Below are positions 61,171-64,000 of a DNA stretch of 64,000 nt, in pieces; position 1 is the stretch's first letter; each line of letters begins with the position of its first letter. The notes under the pieces were generated by a model. The model did no database searches. It was not told the DNA's origin and worked only from the letters and a program-made list of their open reading frames with translations. The stretch lies in assembly GCA_040285855.1 (NCBI GenBank), contig JAUFOQ010000004.1:372001-436000 (forward strand), written 5' to 3'. Origin of the DNA: Eukaryota sp. GEM-RC1 (lineage: Eukaryota). Made by a program: the position numbers and the translations under genes.

Positions 61171-61521
61171 TTGGTGACGTGATGAGATTCTACATTCAAC
61201 AATTTTTCAATTTTGGCCTTATTTAAGGTGTGAAAGTTGTTTTTTTTTGATTCAAATTTATATGTGATCATTTTGGTCAATTTCATGGTCCTTATAATGT
61301 GTTTCTTTGTTTGAAGATTAAGTTAATTTCAACTGTTTCTGTGTAACTACTATTAGGACATGGCAAAAAATAACAAAATTGATTTGAAATTTTTCATTTA
61401 TGATTTTAATATTACTCTCGTTAATCCAAATTTAATTAGATTCTGAGGATTCTTGTTGAGAAAAGACATTTCAACAATAAATTAACATTTGAACAATTGA
61501 AACTCCACTCAACTATGATCT

Positions 61522-64000
61522 TTACTCTATATCCAACTCTTCTAGGTCAAAATACGACGTGATCACCACGTCATCACTCATTCCCTTTCTCCTTCTAGTT
61601 TTTACCATTAAATCTCTAGCCAAATGACTCTTCTGAACCTTAGTCAAAGGAGGCAACTCTATAGAACTATCAAGAGGATCACCTTCAACTATCTGGTAAT
61701 GAGAATAGAAAGAGGAACAAAAGATCTGTCCTCGAGATAACAATCGAATATCTGTTTCTAATCCAATGGACTCAATGGCAGGTACATATGCCTGAATCAA
61801 AGTGATTGGAGTTCCAGGAGAAGGAGTTGTCTCAGTGAGGTGACCGCGCCTCTTTTTTAAAACTTTGTTTAAAATTTCAAAATTGTCGCCTAGACAAATA
61901 AATTCATACAGTAGAACTGGTTCCATTAGTCTAACTCCAGCGGTTAATAGAGCTCCATGACAGGCTTTTCTCATTAAAGGAATGATTTGCATTTGATTTC
62001 TACCAAACATAGTATCAGCAAATGAGTGATCAAGAAGTTTAATTCCAGAATTAATGACTTCTCCAGAAGTCAATGGACCTTCCCGAACAGCCCAATCAAA
62101 TCCTTTTTGATTGATTGATCGACGTCATTAGGAACAGGAGAATAATCACCTGATTCAGCCACCATCGACTCATCAACCAGAGCATTGGAAGGGAGAAGAG
62201 AAGGTGCAAATGACCAGAGATTGGCTAGGGAAAGATCATCCCATCCAATATTGGAAAGTTGACCTTTTGTGACGTCATTGATTAGACCTTCACTATGTTG
62301 GATGATCCTTGCTGAATCATTGTTAACTGGGAATGCGGCAAGAGTTAGTTTGTTTTGATTGTTGAGTGATTTTGAAGTGCAGTCTATTTGACTTTCCTGA
62401 ATGATAGTTTCCTTGAGCTCTACTAAAGGATCAACGACTTTTAATTGGAATTTACCAAAGAACTCTGACACATCCTTCAGAACTGAGTCTAGATAGAGTT
62501 CTCCTGGAGCAGACAGTGAATACTCGCCTGATTCTGCAACTGAAATTTTTAAATTAGGGTAATATTTTTGAACAATTAAGAGACAACTAGCCAGATTTGG
62601 AAGTTCAGAACTCAAAACCGGTTCAATAGGTAACTTAATAACAGGAGGAAATGAAAATTTAACTACATTTAAAGAAATAGCACCAAAAACTTCAGAAAGT
62701 TCCATTCCAACCGCAACCCCGATACTTTGACTCAGAATATTATTATTATCTAATTGAAACGTGACCAAAGAGCCAGAAGAAGCATATGGAAGCTCAAAAT
62801 CAAATCGTGATTGATGAATACCAATTGAGCACACTCTTGCCGTTTTCAATTCACTATCATGATGGACACTTGATTGTTCTTTAAAAGTCAACGTTTGATT
62901 GACAGTCAGCTGACCATTTATGACCCTTCCAAGATAGGAAAACGATAGTCCATCAGGATTTGGAATAATCTTGGAAAAAACAACAATAGTTTCTTCTTTG
63001 AGTAAATGAGACTCTATTTGTAAATTGAGATTCTTAATCACATTTGATTGATAAACAAGATCACCAATCACAGAGGAGAAACAATCAAACAATTTGACTG
63101 TCAAAGATTCAGCAAAAGGAGCATCGTTTGTTGAAAAGAATCTGTTTAAAACAGTATAGACTAACTCTTTTGAATTAAGTTTACTTTCATCAGCTGAAAT
63201 CTTAACTCTTTTAAACGGGAAAACTCTCAAAAATGATCGTAGTTGCTTTGGTTCGAGGGTGAGGGTCTGAATGAATAATTTGTAAATGGGGTCGAGAATA
63301 AACTCAACAAAGGTTTGATTTTGACCCTGTGATTGGTTTGAAAAAACCTGCTCATTTGGATGATAATAAATATTTCCCCAAAAATTTGAATTATTTAATT
63401 CTACTTCAGGAGTACTGTACATTCGTGAAAAGAAGGATAAATCGAACTGAAATCCATAAAAAGAAGATCCAAAAACGACATTATTCTTTCTAGGGTCAAA
63501 ATGATATGTGTCATCTAAGAAATTTGCAGAAAACTCATTCAATTGACCTAAAATATGTTTAATTTTAAAAAAACAATCCACTGGAGGAATCCTCAGGTCC
63601 ATAATCAATCGGTCAAATTTATTTAAAAACAACAAAATTGACTTATGTTGCTCCAAACAGATTTTCAACAACGACAGTGAATGTTGAGTCACCCCTTCTG
63701 CAACATCCAAAACGAATAGAACAGCATCAGAAAGTAACAAGGAACACTCAACTTCCTCCACCAGTTGAGAATGGCCAGGAGTGTCAATGAGAGAGAAGGA
63801 ATGATCAGAAGAAAGAAGAGTTAGAGGTTGGGATTTGATGGACATTTGACGTTGATGCTCATCTGTTCGTCTGTCTGTCCAGTAAAGTCCTGTGGGTAGT
63901 GTGGAGTTGGAAAAGAATGAAGGAAGGTTGGATTGAGCAAAGAGATCAAGAAGAGAGGTTTTACCAGAGTGGAGAGGTCCAACAACGCTAATGACAGGGT
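61522..64000 (-). CDS. EFTUD2: U5 snRNP GTPase Snu114/EFTUD2 (5' end outside window; frameshift near 62105)
   Basis: GPLHSGKT at window edge, DTPGH, NKFD, EESGE-like AESGE, GELYLD, shifted GFDWAVREGPL, LETDIR, LARDLMVKTRRRKG. Confidence 0.9.

Noticed and set aside
2738..62110. Widespread programmed ribosomal frameshifting, including a prfB-like CTT-TAG site at about 8576-8581
   Set aside because: Shifts go both +1 and -1, nearly all in homopolymer or dinucleotide runs, and hit conserved genes (DTD1, EFTUD2). Two shifts differ between the Fanzor copies. Long-read indel error is the simpler explanation; accurate reads would settle it.
59953..64000. SF3B2 and EFTUD2 adjacency as a spliceosomal gene cluster
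   Set aside because: Convergent orientation with only two genes; plausible by chance in a compact genome.

Overview
Gene-dense, AT-rich eukaryotic DNA, most likely from a protist (inferred from tiny GT-AG introns, spliceosomal and trafficking genes and a eukaryotic tRNA-Ser). Many ORFs are broken by single-base indels in homopolymers, which look like long-read errors. The left 18 kb is one giant (>5900 aa) secreted beta-helix-like gene running off the window edge. The rest holds housekeeping genes (HAD, PIP5K, ANTH adaptor, cathepsin B, D-aminoacyl-tRNA deacylase, penta-EF-hand, LRR, Rmp1/Nepro-like, TOP3, Kti12-like, SF3B2, Snu114), four hAT-type non-autonomous elements with 8-bp TSDs and several 3' remnants of an RLE non-LTR retrotransposon. 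The most striking element is a Fanzor1 (eukaryotic TnpB-like RNA-guided nuclease) at about 41276-44373 with an N-terminal family-B DNA polymerase-type 3'-5' exonuclease domain. Its RuvC-III Asp is replaced by Asn, and its stop codon is followed by a hairpin (candidate omegaRNA) and sequence from an SRF/MCM1-type MADS-box locus. An inverted, internally deleted second copy lies at 19677-22957. An orphan CELF-like RRM exon with a splice donor but no visible acceptor exon is also notable.
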